Assembly (NCBI GenBank): GCA_902537895.1
Contig: CACBCU010000001.1
Coordinates: 55,087 to 119,086, forward strand
Origin: an uncultured Pelagibacteraceae bacterium
GTDB taxonomy: Bacteria; Pseudomonadota; Alphaproteobacteria; Pelagibacterales; Pelagibacteraceae
DNA length: 64,000 bases
Direction of reading: 5' to 3'
The notes beneath the pieces were generated by a model. The model was not told the DNA's origin, did not search any database, and was given only the letters and a program-made list of their open reading frames with translations. Shown here one piece after another: positions 10,211 through 20,422 of the stretch. A program made the translations under genes and the position numbers. The stretch's first letter is position 1, and each line of letters opens with the position of its first letter.

Positions 10211-11008
10211 ATGAGTGATCTAGTTTCTCAAAATCTTAATATGATTTTTAAAACTCCAAAAGGAGAAACTGTCCACGCTTTAAAAGATTTAAATTTTACT
10301 CTTAAGAAAGGAGAGCTTTTAACAGTTCTTGGACCATCAGGTTGTGGAAAAACAACTTTGTTAAATATTACCGCAGGATTTATTCGACCAACTTCCGGAA
10401 GTATTACTTTAAATAGTAAAGAAATTGATGGACCCGGTGTAGAGAGAGGGATGGTTTTTCAGCAAGGCGCATTGTTTGAGTGGTTGACAGTTGCTGAAAA
10501 TGTCAACTTTGGATTAAGAATGAAAAAAAAAGATCCAATTGAAACCCAAAAAAAAGTTGATGAATGGTTAGAAATAGTTGGCTTAAAAGGTTTTGGTAAT
10601 ACCCCAACCTATCAACTTTCTGGTGGTATGCAGCAAAGAGTTGCTCTTGCAAGATGTTTGATTAATGATCCCGACCTAATTTTAATGGATGAACCTTTAG
10701 GAGCTCTTGATGCATTAACAAGAGAAAAAATGCAGTCTCTTGTTTTGAAAATTTGGAAAGAGACAGGGAAAACAATTATTTTAATTACCCACTCAGTTGA
10801 AGAAGCTCTTTTACTTGGTGAAAGATTATATGTTATGGCACCTCGACCAGGGCGAATTCATAAAGAATACAATCTTCCATTTGCCTCAATGGGACTGAAA
10901 GAAGATCTAAGAGAGATTAAAAAGAACAAAGATTTTTCTGCGAAACGTGAAGAAATATTAGAGATGATTTGGAATATGGAAGAAGAAATTATGGGGAAAG
11001 ATAATTAA
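10211..11008 (+). CDS. tauB: Taurine/sulfonate ABC transporter ATPase
   Basis: GPSGCGKTT, LSGGMQQRV, LMDEPLGALDALTR, ITHSVEEA. Confidence 0.9.
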   Translation: MSDLVSQNLNMIFKTPKGETVHALKDLNFTLKKGELLTVLGPSGCGKTTLLNITAGFIRPTSGSITLNSKEIDGPGVERGMVFQQGALFEWLTVAENVNFGLRMKKKDPIETQKKVDEWLEIVGLKGFGNTPTYQLSGGMQQRVALARCLINDPDLILMDEPLGALDALTREKMQSLVLKIWKETGKTIILITHSVEEALLLGERLYVMAPRPGRIHKEYNLPFASMGLKEDLREIKKNKDFSAKREEILEMIWNMEEEIMGKDN

Positions 11009-12934
11009 ATGTTAACTCAAATAGTCACTTTTTTAATTTTTTTTGCGGTTATTGGCTGTATTCTCTATGGAAGAAGATTAATTAAAACTGAAAAAATTGA
11101 TGCTGTTTTTGGAAACCCTGAAAGAGCAAGGGGTGGTACTCACTGGATTATAGTCGGAAGTAGCTTTCTATTATTGGTATGGCTTTACTATTCTTGGGAT
11201 ATTGCAAAAGGTTTTTACCCAAAATCTGCTAATGAACTATGCCAAGTAGCAAAAGTTAACGACTCTTTATTAGGTTTAAAATATCAATTTCCAATAGAGG
11301 AACGAGAATTCAAAAGCACTGCTCAAATTAAGAAAGAAAATAAAAATCTTAAAGCAACATTAAATGAAATCAAATTTTCTGAAGATCTAAATTTACAAGA
11401 AAAAACAGAGCTCACTGAATTTATCAACAAAACTATCAAACTAATTCCTTTATTAACCAATGAAGATTTAATCGAAAATGATACGAAATTTAAAATAAAT
11501 GACATTACAGGTAAAATTAACTTATTAACTGAAAATTTTAGAAAACCCGAATATCCTTTTGAAACAGAGCAAGAAGCCAATGAAAGACTTAAAGCAGTAA
11601 GTGAGCAAGGAGATTGGGGAATTATAAAGGTTCAATCTGGAACGGGGTCTATAGAAAATACTATCGAAGTACCTTTAGTTCCCGAGACTAAAAGAGGTTT
11701 AAAATTTGACGCTGCTGCTAAAGAATTGCAAATTATTAGTGATGAATTTTTTAAGTTAAGAAATCATAATCCTCAATTTAAAGATAAAATAAAAGAGCTT
11801 AAAGATGAGATAAAAGCTTATCGTAAAAATTTAGATGATACTCAAGAGGTTGCGTCAACCTACGCCAAAGATATTGTTAAAATTGCACGACGAATAGAAT
11901 TTGCAAGTATATATCCACCCAACGCATTAAATGAAATGCAAAATGCAATTATCAATTTTGATGTTGCACAAAAAGAAGCTCAAGGGGGATTGAGATTTAT
12001 AGATATTTTTTTATTCCCAGCTGGCACTATTGTTGCAAGTGGGCCAAGTTGTTCAGAACAGGGATCTGGTAGATGGCTACCTAAGCCGTCTGATACTTTT
12101 GATAAGTTTATGCTTATGCTTAAACCTAGTGTAGGTTATAAAGAAATTCCACTTCTATGGATAGACATGGTTGATGTTAGTAAAATGATTGGTTTCATTT
12201 TACCAGATTGGATAGCCGATATTCTACCTGGTGAATACCCAGTTCATACCCAAGATGGAATTGTTAAACAAAATTTTAAAGGCCAAGTTTTAAAATTTGT
12301 TACAGGAGACTTTAAGTTGTTTAAAGTGCCAGTTCCATATGGCCATATATGGGATTCTTTTTTGAGAGTATTTTTAGGATTAGTTTTTGGAATATTAATA
12401 GGAGTGCCACTTGGATTATTTATGGGATTAAATAGATTTGCCAAGGGTTTCTTTGATCCGTTAATTGAACTTTATAGACCAGTTCCTCCTCTAGCTTGGG
12501 CTCCTTTAATCATTTCAGTTTTAGGAATTGATAATACTGGGAAAGTTTTCTTGTTATTTATGGTCTCATTATCGATCATGATTATTTCTGCGAGAGCTGG
12601 CGCCTCTGGTACTCAGTTATCAAAAATCCATGCAGCTCACTCACTTGGTGCATCGAAAAAACAAATCTTAAGGTATGTAATTTTTCCAAATTCTTTACCA
12701 GAAATACTTACTGGTATAAGAGTTGCAGTAGGAATGTGTTGGGGAACTTTAGTTGCTGCCGAATTTTTAGCAGGAACAACTGGAATTGGTTTCGTTGAAA
12801 ACGTTGCTAAAAAATATTTTCAATACGAAGTTATTTGGATCACTATATTTATAATGGGAATGCTTGGGTTATTATTTGATGTCACTTTGAGAAAAATAAT
12901 AGATAAAACAATTCCATGGCGTGGAAAAGGCTAA
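11009..12934 (+). CDS. tauC: Taurine/sulfonate ABC permease with large extracytoplasmic insertion
   Basis: C-terminal permease domain (LYRPVPPLAWAPL, AAHSLGAS, LVAAE); 641 aa. Confidence 0.85.
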   Translation: MLTQIVTFLIFFAVIGCILYGRRLIKTEKIDAVFGNPERARGGTHWIIVGSSFLLLVWLYYSWDIAKGFYPKSANELCQVAKVNDSLLGLKYQFPIEEREFKSTAQIKKENKNLKATLNEIKFSEDLNLQEKTELTEFINKTIKLIPLLTNEDLIENDTKFKINDITGKINLLTENFRKPEYPFETEQEANERLKAVSEQGDWGIIKVQSGTGSIENTIEVPLVPETKRGLKFDAAAKELQIISDEFFKLRNHNPQFKDKIKELKDEIKAYRKNLDDTQEVASTYAKDIVKIARRIEFASIYPPNALNEMQNAIINFDVAQKEAQGGLRFIDIFLFPAGTIVASGPSCSEQGSGRWLPKPSDTFDKFMLMLKPSVGYKEIPLLWIDMVDVSKMIGFILPDWIADILPGEYPVHTQDGIVKQNFKGQVLKFVTGDFKLFKVPVPYGHIWDSFLRVFLGLVFGILIGVPLGLFMGLNRFAKGFFDPLIELYRPVPPLAWAPLIISVLGIDNTGKVFLLFMVSLSIMIISARAGASGTQLSKIHAAHSLGASKKQILRYVIFPNSLPEILTGIRVAVGMCWGTLVAAEFLAGTTGIGFVENVAKKYFQYEVIWITIFIMGMLGLLFDVTLRKIIDKTIPWRGKG

Positions 12935-13940
12935 TTTGAAAACAGAAAATCTTAAAAAAGAAGTTATAAAAATTTTTAAAAATTATGGATTGAGTAATCC
13001 TCATGCTGCAATTTCAGCAAATGCTTTGATTAATGCAGAGTTAGTTGGCGCTTATGGTCATGGTCTTTCTAGATTAAGAATGTATTGTGAACGAATATCT
13101 GAAAAAGTTATTAATCCAAAACCAAAAATTAAAATAAAAAAGATATCTCAATCGATTGCTCACATTGATGCAGATAACAGTATTGGCTTTGTTGCAGCAG
13201 ATCTTGCAATTAAAAAAGCAATCGAATGTGCAAAAAAAACAGGTATTGGTTTAGTTGCAGTAAAAAATAGCGGTCACTATGGATTGTCTGGTTATTACGC
13301 TGAACAAGCAGTCAAAAAGAATTTAATCACTATGATTTATACTAATGCTCCACCCGCAATTGCTCCTTATGGTGCAAAAAAAAGTTTGTTCGGAACAAAT
13401 CCTATATGTTTTGGTTCTCCAACTGGATCAAAGGCACCCTTTATTTTTGATACAGCTATTGCAAAAATTAATAGAGGAAAAATTAGATTTGCAGCAAGAA
13501 ATAATCAAAAAATACCAGAGGGTGTTGCATTAGATAAGTTTGGCAAACCAACTACAGATGCAAAAAAAGCACTTTACGGGGTTCAATTGCCTATTGCGGG
13601 TTTTAAAGGCTCAGGTTTAGCATGGATGGTTGATATTTTAAGTGGTGTTTTAACTGGTGGAAATCATGCAGGCAAAGTTAAGGACCCTTTTGATGATTTT
13701 TCAGGTCCACAAAATATTGGACATTTATTTATCACATTTAAAACAAACTTGTTTGTCAAAAATTATACTTCAAGAATTAAGAAAAATATTAAAACAATTA
13801 AAAGATTACCTAAGATTAAAGGAGTAAAAGAAATAATGTATCCTGGTCAAAATAAAGATAAAAGGTTTAGAGTGAACTTAAAAAAAGAAATCAAATTGTC
13901 AAAAATTATAAAAAAAGATTTGGTAGATTTAAACAAATAA
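12921..13940 (+). CDS. Ldh_2 family (malate/L-lactate/sulfolactate) dehydrogenase, ComC-like
   Basis: GHGLSRL, NSGHYG, GTNPICF, KGSGLA motifs; GTG start overlaps tauC. Confidence 0.85.
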   Translation: MEKANLKTENLKKEVIKIFKNYGLSNPHAAISANALINAELVGAYGHGLSRLRMYCERISEKVINPKPKIKIKKISQSIAHIDADNSIGFVAADLAIKKAIECAKKTGIGLVAVKNSGHYGLSGYYAEQAVKKNLITMIYTNAPPAIAPYGAKKSLFGTNPICFGSPTGSKAPFIFDTAIAKINRGKIRFAARNNQKIPEGVALDKFGKPTTDAKKALYGVQLPIAGFKGSGLAWMVDILSGVLTGGNHAGKVKDPFDDFSGPQNIGHLFITFKTNLFVKNYTSRIKKNIKTIKRLPKIKGVKEIMYPGQNKDKRFRVNLKKEIKLSKIIKKDLVDLNK

Positions 13941-13942
13941 AC

Positions 13943-14854
13943 ATGCTGTCCAAAAAAGAAATTATTTGTCCCGATAACTTGCTCAATGTTGCTCATAAAA
14001 AAAAAGGTGTTAAAGCAGGTATTGTTAATGCGGGAAAACCATTACCTATGCAGTCAGTGCAAGATGCTGTTAGAGAAAATCTAATTGAACCAATTTTTAT
14101 TGGTGATGAAAAAGAAATTAATAAATGTGCACAAGATTTAAAATGGGACATCTCAAATTACGAAATAATTCATGAGCCTGTTGAAAATAATACAGCAGCT
14201 ATTGCTACAAAACTTGCGAGTGAAAAAAAAATTAGAATTATTGTAAAGGGTCATATTCATACTGACGTTTTAATGAAAGAGGTTTTAAAAAGAGATCATA
14301 ATTTATTAGGAAAAACTAGATTAAGTCATATTTGGCATATGACTTTAGGAAAAGAAGATAAACCATTAATAATCACTGATGGAGCATTAAATGTTTTACC
14401 TAACGTAAAAACCAAATTACATATTCTTAAAAATGTTATTAATTTTTCAAACAGAATTGGGATTGATAGACCTAAAGTAGCAATATTGTCAGCTACTGAA
14501 GAAGTTTTAGATAGTGTACCAAGTTCTAAAGAAGCTCAGGAACTAACTAACTTAGCTAAAAAAGAAAATTTAAATGCTGATGTTTTCGGTCCACTCGCAT
14601 TTGATAATAGTATCTCAAAGAAATCTGCGGCTATTAAAGGAATACAAAATAGTGTGGCTGGTATGGCTGATGTATTACTGGTCCCAAGTGTTGAAACAGG
14701 AAATGGACTTGTAAAAATGCTAATATACTTTTGTGGAGCATGTGCAGCAGGTGTAGTTGTTGGAGGTAAAGTTCCAGTAGTAATAACCAGTCGTTCTGAT
14801 GAAGCTCCAGCAAGATTAGCTTCTATTGCTGCAGCTGTTGTTGCTTTAGATTAA
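13943..14854 (+). CDS. pta: Phosphate acetyl/butyryltransferase
   Basis: IVKGHIHT, ITDGALNVLP, GPLAFDNSIS, VITSRSD. Confidence 0.85.
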   Translation: MLSKKEIICPDNLLNVAHKKKGVKAGIVNAGKPLPMQSVQDAVRENLIEPIFIGDEKEINKCAQDLKWDISNYEIIHEPVENNTAAIATKLASEKKIRIIVKGHIHTDVLMKEVLKRDHNLLGKTRLSHIWHMTLGKEDKPLIITDGALNVLPNVKTKLHILKNVINFSNRIGIDRPKVAILSATEEVLDSVPSSKEAQELTNLAKKENLNADVFGPLAFDNSISKKSAAIKGIQNSVAGMADVLLVPSVETGNGLVKMLIYFCGACAAGVVVGGKVPVVITSRSDEAPARLASIAAAVVALD

Positions 14855-14915
14855 TTGTTTGATTGCAATAAAATTGAAATTGTCTTAAATAATCCAACTG
14901 AAGTAAACATATAAT

Positions 14916-16202
14916 ATGGCTATTACCTATCTAAAAAAATCTCCAAAAACGTCATCGACAGATGACAATAAGACAACAGGGATAGTTCAAGATTTATTAA
15001 AAGACATTGAAAGTACAAAAGAACAAGGTTGTATTGATTTAACAAAAAAGTTTGACAAATACGACGGGGAAATAATTGTTTCAAAAGAAAGAATTGAGAA
15101 AATAAAAAAAACTTTAGATCAAAAAACTAAAGATGATATCCAATTTTCTTTTGATCGAGTAAGAAAATTTGCTGAAGCTCAACTTAAAAATTACGGTCAA
15201 GATTTTGAAGTTGAATTATCTGATGGTTTATATGCAGGTCAAAAATTAGTTCCCGTTAATACTGCTGGTTGTTACATACCAGGTGGAAGATATGCTCATA
15301 TCGCTTCTGCTGTTATGAGTGTTACTACAGCCAAAGTTGCTGGTGTTAAAAATATAATTGCATGTAGCCCACCAAAAGAAAATGTTGGTGCCCACCCTGC
15401 TATTGTTTACACCGCTGATCTCTGTGGAGCAGATGTAATATTGAATTTAGGTGGTGTTCCAGCGATTGCTGCGATGACTAATGGATTGTTTAAAAACCCT
15501 CCAGCAGACATCATTGTTGGTCCGGGAAACCAGTTTGTTGCTGAGGCGAAAAGAATTTTATATGGCAAAGTGGGGATAGATCTTTTTGCGGGTCCGACTG
15601 AAATTGGAATAATTGCTGATGCAAAAGCTGATCCAGAGATAGTTGCTGTAGATTTAGTAGGTCAGGCAGAGCACGGCTATAATTCTCCGTGTTGGTTATA
15701 CACAACAAGTAAAGAGTTAGCTGAGAAAGTGTTAAAGAGAGTTCCAGAATTAATTTCAGAATTACCCGAAGTTCCAAAAAAAAGTGCAGAAGCAGCTTGG
15801 AGAGATTATGGTGAGGTAATCCTTTGCGATACTGATGAAGAAATTGTTAAGATTAGTGATGAATACGCTCCAGAGCATTTAGAAGTTCAAACAGAAAATT
15901 TAAAATGGTTTTATGAACGATTAACAAATTATGGATCTTTATTTGTAGGGGAAGAAACTACAGTTGCCTACGGAGATAAATGTTCAGGTACAAATCATAT
16001 TTTACCAACTAAAGGGGCTGGTAAATATACTGGTGGTTTATTTGTTGGTAAGTTTATTAAAACTTTAAGTTTTCAAAGAATGACAAAAGAGTCTACTGAA
16101 CTGGTAGGTGCTGCTGCAGCAAGAATTTCTAGATACGAAGGAATGGAAGCTCATGCAAGAACTGGTGATGTGAGATTAAAAAAATACGGGTATTCTAATT
16201 AA
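14916..16202 (+). CDS. hpsN: Histidinol dehydrogenase-family enzyme, likely sulfopropanediol (DHPS) 3-dehydrogenase
   Basis: GCYIPGGRYAHIASA, DLFAGPTE, QAEHG, APEHLE, YGDKCSGTNHILPT; variant motifs and sulfonate context favour HpsN over HisD. Confidence 0.75.
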   Translation: MAITYLKKSPKTSSTDDNKTTGIVQDLLKDIESTKEQGCIDLTKKFDKYDGEIIVSKERIEKIKKTLDQKTKDDIQFSFDRVRKFAEAQLKNYGQDFEVELSDGLYAGQKLVPVNTAGCYIPGGRYAHIASAVMSVTTAKVAGVKNIIACSPPKENVGAHPAIVYTADLCGADVILNLGGVPAIAAMTNGLFKNPPADIIVGPGNQFVAEAKRILYGKVGIDLFAGPTEIGIIADAKADPEIVAVDLVGQAEHGYNSPCWLYTTSKELAEKVLKRVPELISELPEVPKKSAEAAWRDYGEVILCDTDEEIVKISDEYAPEHLEVQTENLKWFYERLTNYGSLFVGEETTVAYGDKCSGTNHILPTKGAGKYTGGLFVGKFIKTLSFQRMTKESTELVGAAAARISRYEGMEAHARTGDVRLKKYGYSN

Positions 16203-16803
16203 CTGTTTCCATTAAAACAAAAATTGTAAGTAAACTCATAAAAGTAATAATAAATACATTTATAATTTTCCATACTTTAGAACTTTGAGCATATTTTGAG
16301 AGGTATTTAGACAAATAACCAACTGAAAAAAAGAACAGGAAAGAAGCTAGTGTAGCTCCAAATCCAAATAAAATCTTTTGGTTCAAAACAAAAGTTTTCG
16401 AAAAATTTCCTAAAAAAAATACAGTGTCAGAGTAGACGTGTGGATTTAAATAAGTGAAACCTAATGTTTTTAAAAAGATATTAAATTTTGATGTATTTTG
16501 AGAATTACCCGGAAAACTTAATATTAAATTAAAAGACTTTATTTTTGAGTATATAAAATAAATTAAAAAAATGATTAGCAAGATATTTAAAATAAGCTCT
16601 ATTGTTAGATTAAAATATTGAGCAAAATAATGAAAAAGAAATATACCTAAAAATATAAGAATAAGATCTGATACAGAGCAAACTAAACAAACTAAAAATA
16701 CATGTTGTTTTTTTAAACCTTGTTCTATTACAAAGATATTTTGAGCACCTATTGCTAATATAAGACTTAATCCCGTTAAAAAACCTAATAAAGCAAATTC
16801 CAT
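16195..16803 (-). CDS. LysE/ArgO family amino acid exporter
   Basis: LILAIGAQNIFVIEQG, LNPHVYSDT. Confidence 0.9.
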   Translation of the reverse strand: MEFALLGFLTGLSLILAIGAQNIFVIEQGLKKQHVFLVCLVCSVSDLILIFLGIFLFHYFAQYFNLTIELILNILLIIFLIYFIYSKIKSFNLILSFPGNSQNTSKFNIFLKTLGFTYLNPHVYSDTVFFLGNFSKTFVLNQKILFGFGATLASFLFFFSVGYLSKYLSKYAQSSKVWKIINVFIITFMSLLTIFVLMETVN

Positions 16804-16861
16804 AGAATATATTTAAATATTTTGAATTTACTTTAAATCTTCAAAGAAGAAAAAGAGATTA

Positions 16862-17323
16862 TCAAGTTTCAGGAATAAATAATAAACATAGCCCATTATT
16901 GCAAAACCTTTTACCAGTTGAGCTTGGACCATCATCAAATACGTGTCCATGATGGACTCCACACTTTGCACAATGATATTCGATCCTTTTCATGCCGAAA
17001 GAGTAATCTACTTTTGTTTTAAAAGCCCCTGGTAAAGCTTCACTAAATGACGGCCAGCCAGTACCGCTATCAAATTTAGCTTCTGATGAAAATAATTTGT
17101 TTCCACAATTGGCACAATGGTAAAAACCTTTTCTTTTTTCTTTTAATAATTCGCTAGTAAATGGTTTTTCAGTACCTTCCTCAAACATTATTTCTTTTTG
17201 TTTACTGGTAAGGTTTTTATTAATAATTTTTTTTGTCTCTGAAAGTACAAATTTATATGGATATAAAATCAACGATATACATGATAAACCAATAATTTTT
17301 AATAGATTTCTTCTATAAGTCAT
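16862..17323 (-). CDS. msrB: Peptide-methionine (R)-S-oxide reductase with Tat-like signal
   Basis: CANC and CAKC Zn sites, KFDSGTGWPSF, HHGHVFDDGP, RFCNNG; N-terminal YRRNLLK. Confidence 0.93.
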   Translation of the reverse strand: MTYRRNLLKIIGLSCISLILYPYKFVLSETKKIINKNLTSKQKEIMFEEGTEKPFTSELLKEKRKGFYHCANCGNKLFSSEAKFDSGTGWPSFSEALPGAFKTKVDYSFGMKRIEYHCAKCGVHHGHVFDDGPSSTGKRFCNNGLCLLFIPET

Positions 17324-17352
17324 CTACTTCCCTAAGTGTTATTTAATTAAGA

Positions 17353-17763
17353 TTATTCAGGATTTGCTGTTAATGTTTTTATTTCCAAAATATTTTCGTT
17401 TGGATCTTTAACAAAAAATGTTTCTTGCTCGTACTTTGTGCCTTTAAATCTGAGATAAGGCTCGTCATAGTATTTTGCTCCTTTGTCTTTTAATCTTTGT
17501 TTCAAAGCATCAAAATCTTTTCTTGATAAATGAATACCAAAGTGAGGTACTGAAACATTACCCATATCAACATCGTGTCTTTCATTGCTTAGTTTATGGT
17601 CACTAGCATGAAGGGTTAATTCATTTCCCCAAAAATCTACATCAGCCCATTCTTTTTCTGAATTACTTAAGCTACATCCAAGTGTTTCACTATAAAACTT
17701 TTTAGCAGTTTCTAAATCACCGCATGGTATAGCTAAATGAAAACAATTAGTGTTTTTGTACAT
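17353..17763 (-). CDS. VOC/glyoxalase family protein
   Basis: FHLAIP, DFWGNELTLH, VPHFG, DPNENILEIK. Confidence 0.88.
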   Translation of the reverse strand: MYKNTNCFHLAIPCGDLETAKKFYSETLGCSLSNSEKEWADVDFWGNELTLHASDHKLSNERHDVDMGNVSVPHFGIHLSRKDFDALKQRLKDKGAKYYDEPYLRFKGTKYEQETFFVKDPNENILEIKTLTANPE

Positions 17764-17830
17764 AATAAATCCTTTAAAAAATTTTTAAAACAATTATATA
17801 AAATAATTTTAAAGGCATAATAAATACAAC

Positions 17831-18400
17831 ATGAATGATTTTTTACAATCTATTATCGATAGAGACCCTGCGGCAAAATCTAAGGTAAGTTTAATATTAA
17901 CTTATCCTGGAGTGAAGGCGATATTTTTTCACAGAATTGCTAATTTTTTTGCAATTGCAAAGTTTGATTTAGTAGCAAGAATTATTTCCCAAATATCAAG
18001 ATTTTTTACTGGGATTGAAATTCATCCAAAAGCAAAAATTGGAAAAAATTTATTTATTGATCATGGTATGGGTGTGGTCATTGGTGAAACATCTGAAATA
18101 AGTGATAACGTAACAATTTATCACAATGTTACTCTTGGTGGGACATCTCCAAGTATTAATGCAAACGAGCAAAGAAATTCAAAAAGGCATCCTACTTTAG
18201 AAGAAAATGTAGTGGTAGGTTCTGGTGCTCAAATCTTAGGACCTGTTGTTATTGGAAAAAATTCTTTAATTGGTGCTAACGCAGTTGTAACCAAAGATGT
18301 CCCAGAAAAATCTATAATGGCTGGTAATCCTGCAAAAAAAATTGGAGACGCCACAAGAGGATTTAAGCCGTACGCTGTTACTGATAATAAAGAAGATTAA
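17831..18400 (+). CDS. cysE: Serine O-acetyltransferase
   Basis: [36 protein letters not shown]. Confidence 0.95.
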   Translation: MNDFLQSIIDRDPAAKSKVSLILTYPGVKAIFFHRIANFFAIAKFDLVARIISQISRFFTGIEIHPKAKIGKNLFIDHGMGVVIGETSEISDNVTIYHNVTLGGTSPSINANEQRNSKRHPTLEENVVVGSGAQILGPVVIGKNSLIGANAVVTKDVPEKSIMAGNPAKKIGDATRGFKPYAVTDNKED

Positions 18401-19401
18401 TGGTTCATATTAGAAATACATTTATTGACTCAATTGGTAATACTCCATTAATCAAACTTAAAGCTGCCTCTGAGTTAACAGGATGTAACATTTACGGTAA
18501 AGCGGAATTTATGAATCCTGGTGGGTCTGTCAAAGATAGAGCTGCACTCTCATTAATTAAAGATGCACAAAAAAAGAAATTAATTTCTAAAGGTGGGATT
18601 GTTGTTGAGGGTACTGCGGGTAATACTGGAATAGGATTGGGTTTGATAGGGAATTCACTTGGTTATAAAACAATAATCGTAATGAACGATAATCAAACTC
18701 AAGAAAAAAAAGATACAATAAAAAATCTAGGGGCAGAATTAAGATTAGTCCCTGCGAAGCCATATAAAGATGAAAATAATTTTGTTAAGGTTGCTGGACG
18801 TCTGGCAGATGAGTTAAGACCAACTAATAACAGTGGTGTTGTCTGGGCCAATCAATTCGACAATGTTGCTAATGCTAAAGGACATTATGAAGGAACAGGA
18901 AAAGAAATTTGGGAACAAACTGAGGGCAAGGTTGATGGTTTTGTTTGTTCATCTGGAACAGGGGGTACCATTTCTGGTGTAAGTAATGCCCTGAAAGAAA
19001 AGAATAAAAATGTTAAAATTTATCTCTCCGATCCTAAAGGATCAGCACTTTATAATTATATTAAAAACGGTGAATTAAAATCGGAAGGTGGATCAATTAC
19101 TGAGGGGATTGGCTCAAGTAGAATAACAAAAAATTTTGAGAACGCCAAAATTGATGATGCATATTCCATAGATGATCATGAAGCATTGCCCATACTTTAT
19201 GATTTAATTCAAAATGAGGGGCTAAGTTTAGGAACAAGTTGTGGAATAAATATCGCTGGTGCAATTAGACTTGGAAAAGAACTTGGGCCAGGAAAAACGA
19301 TTGTAACTATTCTTTGTGATAAATCAGATAAATACAACTCTAAGATGTTTAATAAATCTTTTTTAAGGGAAAAAAACCTTCCCATTCCAAGCTGGTTATA
19401 A
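18400..19401 (+). CDS. cysK: Cysteine synthase (O-acetylserine sulfhydrylase)
   Basis: IGNTPLI, KAEFMNPGGSVKDR, EGTAGNTG, GTGGT, TEGIG; coupled to cysE. Confidence 0.92.
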   Translation: MVHIRNTFIDSIGNTPLIKLKAASELTGCNIYGKAEFMNPGGSVKDRAALSLIKDAQKKKLISKGGIVVEGTAGNTGIGLGLIGNSLGYKTIIVMNDNQTQEKKDTIKNLGAELRLVPAKPYKDENNFVKVAGRLADELRPTNNSGVVWANQFDNVANAKGHYEGTGKEIWEQTEGKVDGFVCSSGTGGTISGVSNALKEKNKNVKIYLSDPKGSALYNYIKNGELKSEGGSITEGIGSSRITKNFENAKIDDAYSIDDHEALPILYDLIQNEGLSLGTSCGINIAGAIRLGKELGPGKTIVTILCDKSDKYNSKMFNKSFLREKNLPIPSWL

Positions 19402-19416
19402 TAACGCATATCAGGC

Positions 19417-19436
19417 ATGTAACAAAACAGTTACAT
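19417..19436. promoter_or_regulatory. Palindromic candidate operator ATGTAAC-N6-GTTACAT
   Basis: Perfect 7-bp inverted repeat 33 bp upstream of the small-gene array. Confidence 0.45.
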
Positions 19437-19469
19437 TTTAAAATCTAAAACAATTAACTTTGAGGTTCT

Positions 19470-19841
19470 ATGAAGAAAATAATTTTTATCTTGTCTTTTT
19501 TTGCTTTTACTTCTGCTTACGCAGATATGAGTAATAAAGATAAATCTAAAGCTTGGGATTGTATTGGAATTTATATGGCCAACTATTTCCTGCCATCAGG
19601 TGAAAAATTTGAATACGGCATGAAAGAAAAATCTATTTCAACTGTAAAAGTTTTAAAAACATATGCTCTAGAAATCGGTATTCCTGAAAAAGAATGGGAT
19701 GAAGGAGTTAATAAAGCAGTTGATAAACATTATGGCTCAAAATACGACAAAACAAAAACTGAAAAATGCCATTCTTTCGTTGAAGCTTTGGTGCCGAATG
19801 GAGCTGAAAGAGTAAAAAAAGTAGTTCAGACTTTGTATTAA
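19470..19841 (+). CDS. Secreted hypothetical protein
   Basis: MKK..SAYA signal peptide; two Cys; RBS GAGG. Confidence 0.8.
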   Translation: MKKIIFILSFFAFTSAYADMSNKDKSKAWDCIGIYMANYFLPSGEKFEYGMKEKSISTVKVLKTYALEIGIPEKEWDEGVNKAVDKHYGSKYDKTKTEKCHSFVEALVPNGAERVKKVVQTLY

Positions 19842-19861
19842 TTTTAAAAAAGGAGAAAAAA

Positions 19862-20068
19862 ATGAAAAAAATAATGTTAACACTTTGTTTAGTCTTATTT
19901 GTTAGCTCAGCGTACGCAGGTTCATGCCCAATGTTAGCTAAAAATATTGATGATAAGATCAAGAAGGCTCAAGAACTTAAAGATCAAGGTATGGATGCAC
20001 ACAAAAACGGTGATCATGCTAAATCTGAAAAACTTTTAAATGAAGCTCTTGATCTTTTTAAAAGCTAA
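19862..20068 (+). CDS. Small secreted helical hypothetical protein
   Basis: Signal peptide ending SAYA, then GSCP..; RBS AAGGAG. Confidence 0.8.
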   Translation: MKKIMLTLCLVLFVSSAYAGSCPMLAKNIDDKIKKAQELKDQGMDAHKNGDHAKSEKLLNEALDLFKS

Positions 20069-20083
20069 ATAGAAAGGAAAAAA

Positions 20084-20371
20084 ATGAAAAACTATATGGT
20101 AACTCATACTTTCAAATCAAAAGAAATGAAGTCTAAATTTAGTGAAACAGTGGCTTCAATGAAAATGGAAGATATTATTAAATCAATGACAAGTGATAAA
20201 GCTGCATGTCAAATGACCTGGAATACACCTGGTGATACAATGCAAATGTTTTGCTGGTGGAAAGCTAATAGTGAGGCAGACATTAATAATCAATTAGGTC
20301 AAATGAACGACTTCTTTGAACCTCATAAATTTACTGAGTGCACTGACCAAGTAATGGATTATAACGCTTAA
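20084..20371 (+). CDS. Hypothetical protein (DUF4242-like alpha/beta fold suggested)
   Basis: YMVTHTF and MFCWWKANSEADI motifs; RBS AAGGA. Confidence 0.65.
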   Translation: MKNYMVTHTFKSKEMKSKFSETVASMKMEDIIKSMTSDKAACQMTWNTPGDTMQMFCWWKANSEADINNQLGQMNDFFEPHKFTECTDQVMDYNA

Positions 20372-20422
20372 GAAGAAGATTTATTAAGCATTCTTTATAT
20401 TAATTTAATAAAGGAGAAAATT

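Noticed and set aside
14916-16202. Call as hisD
   Set aside because: Motif variants and the sulfonate neighbourhood fit HpsN better; not fully excluded without a phylogeny
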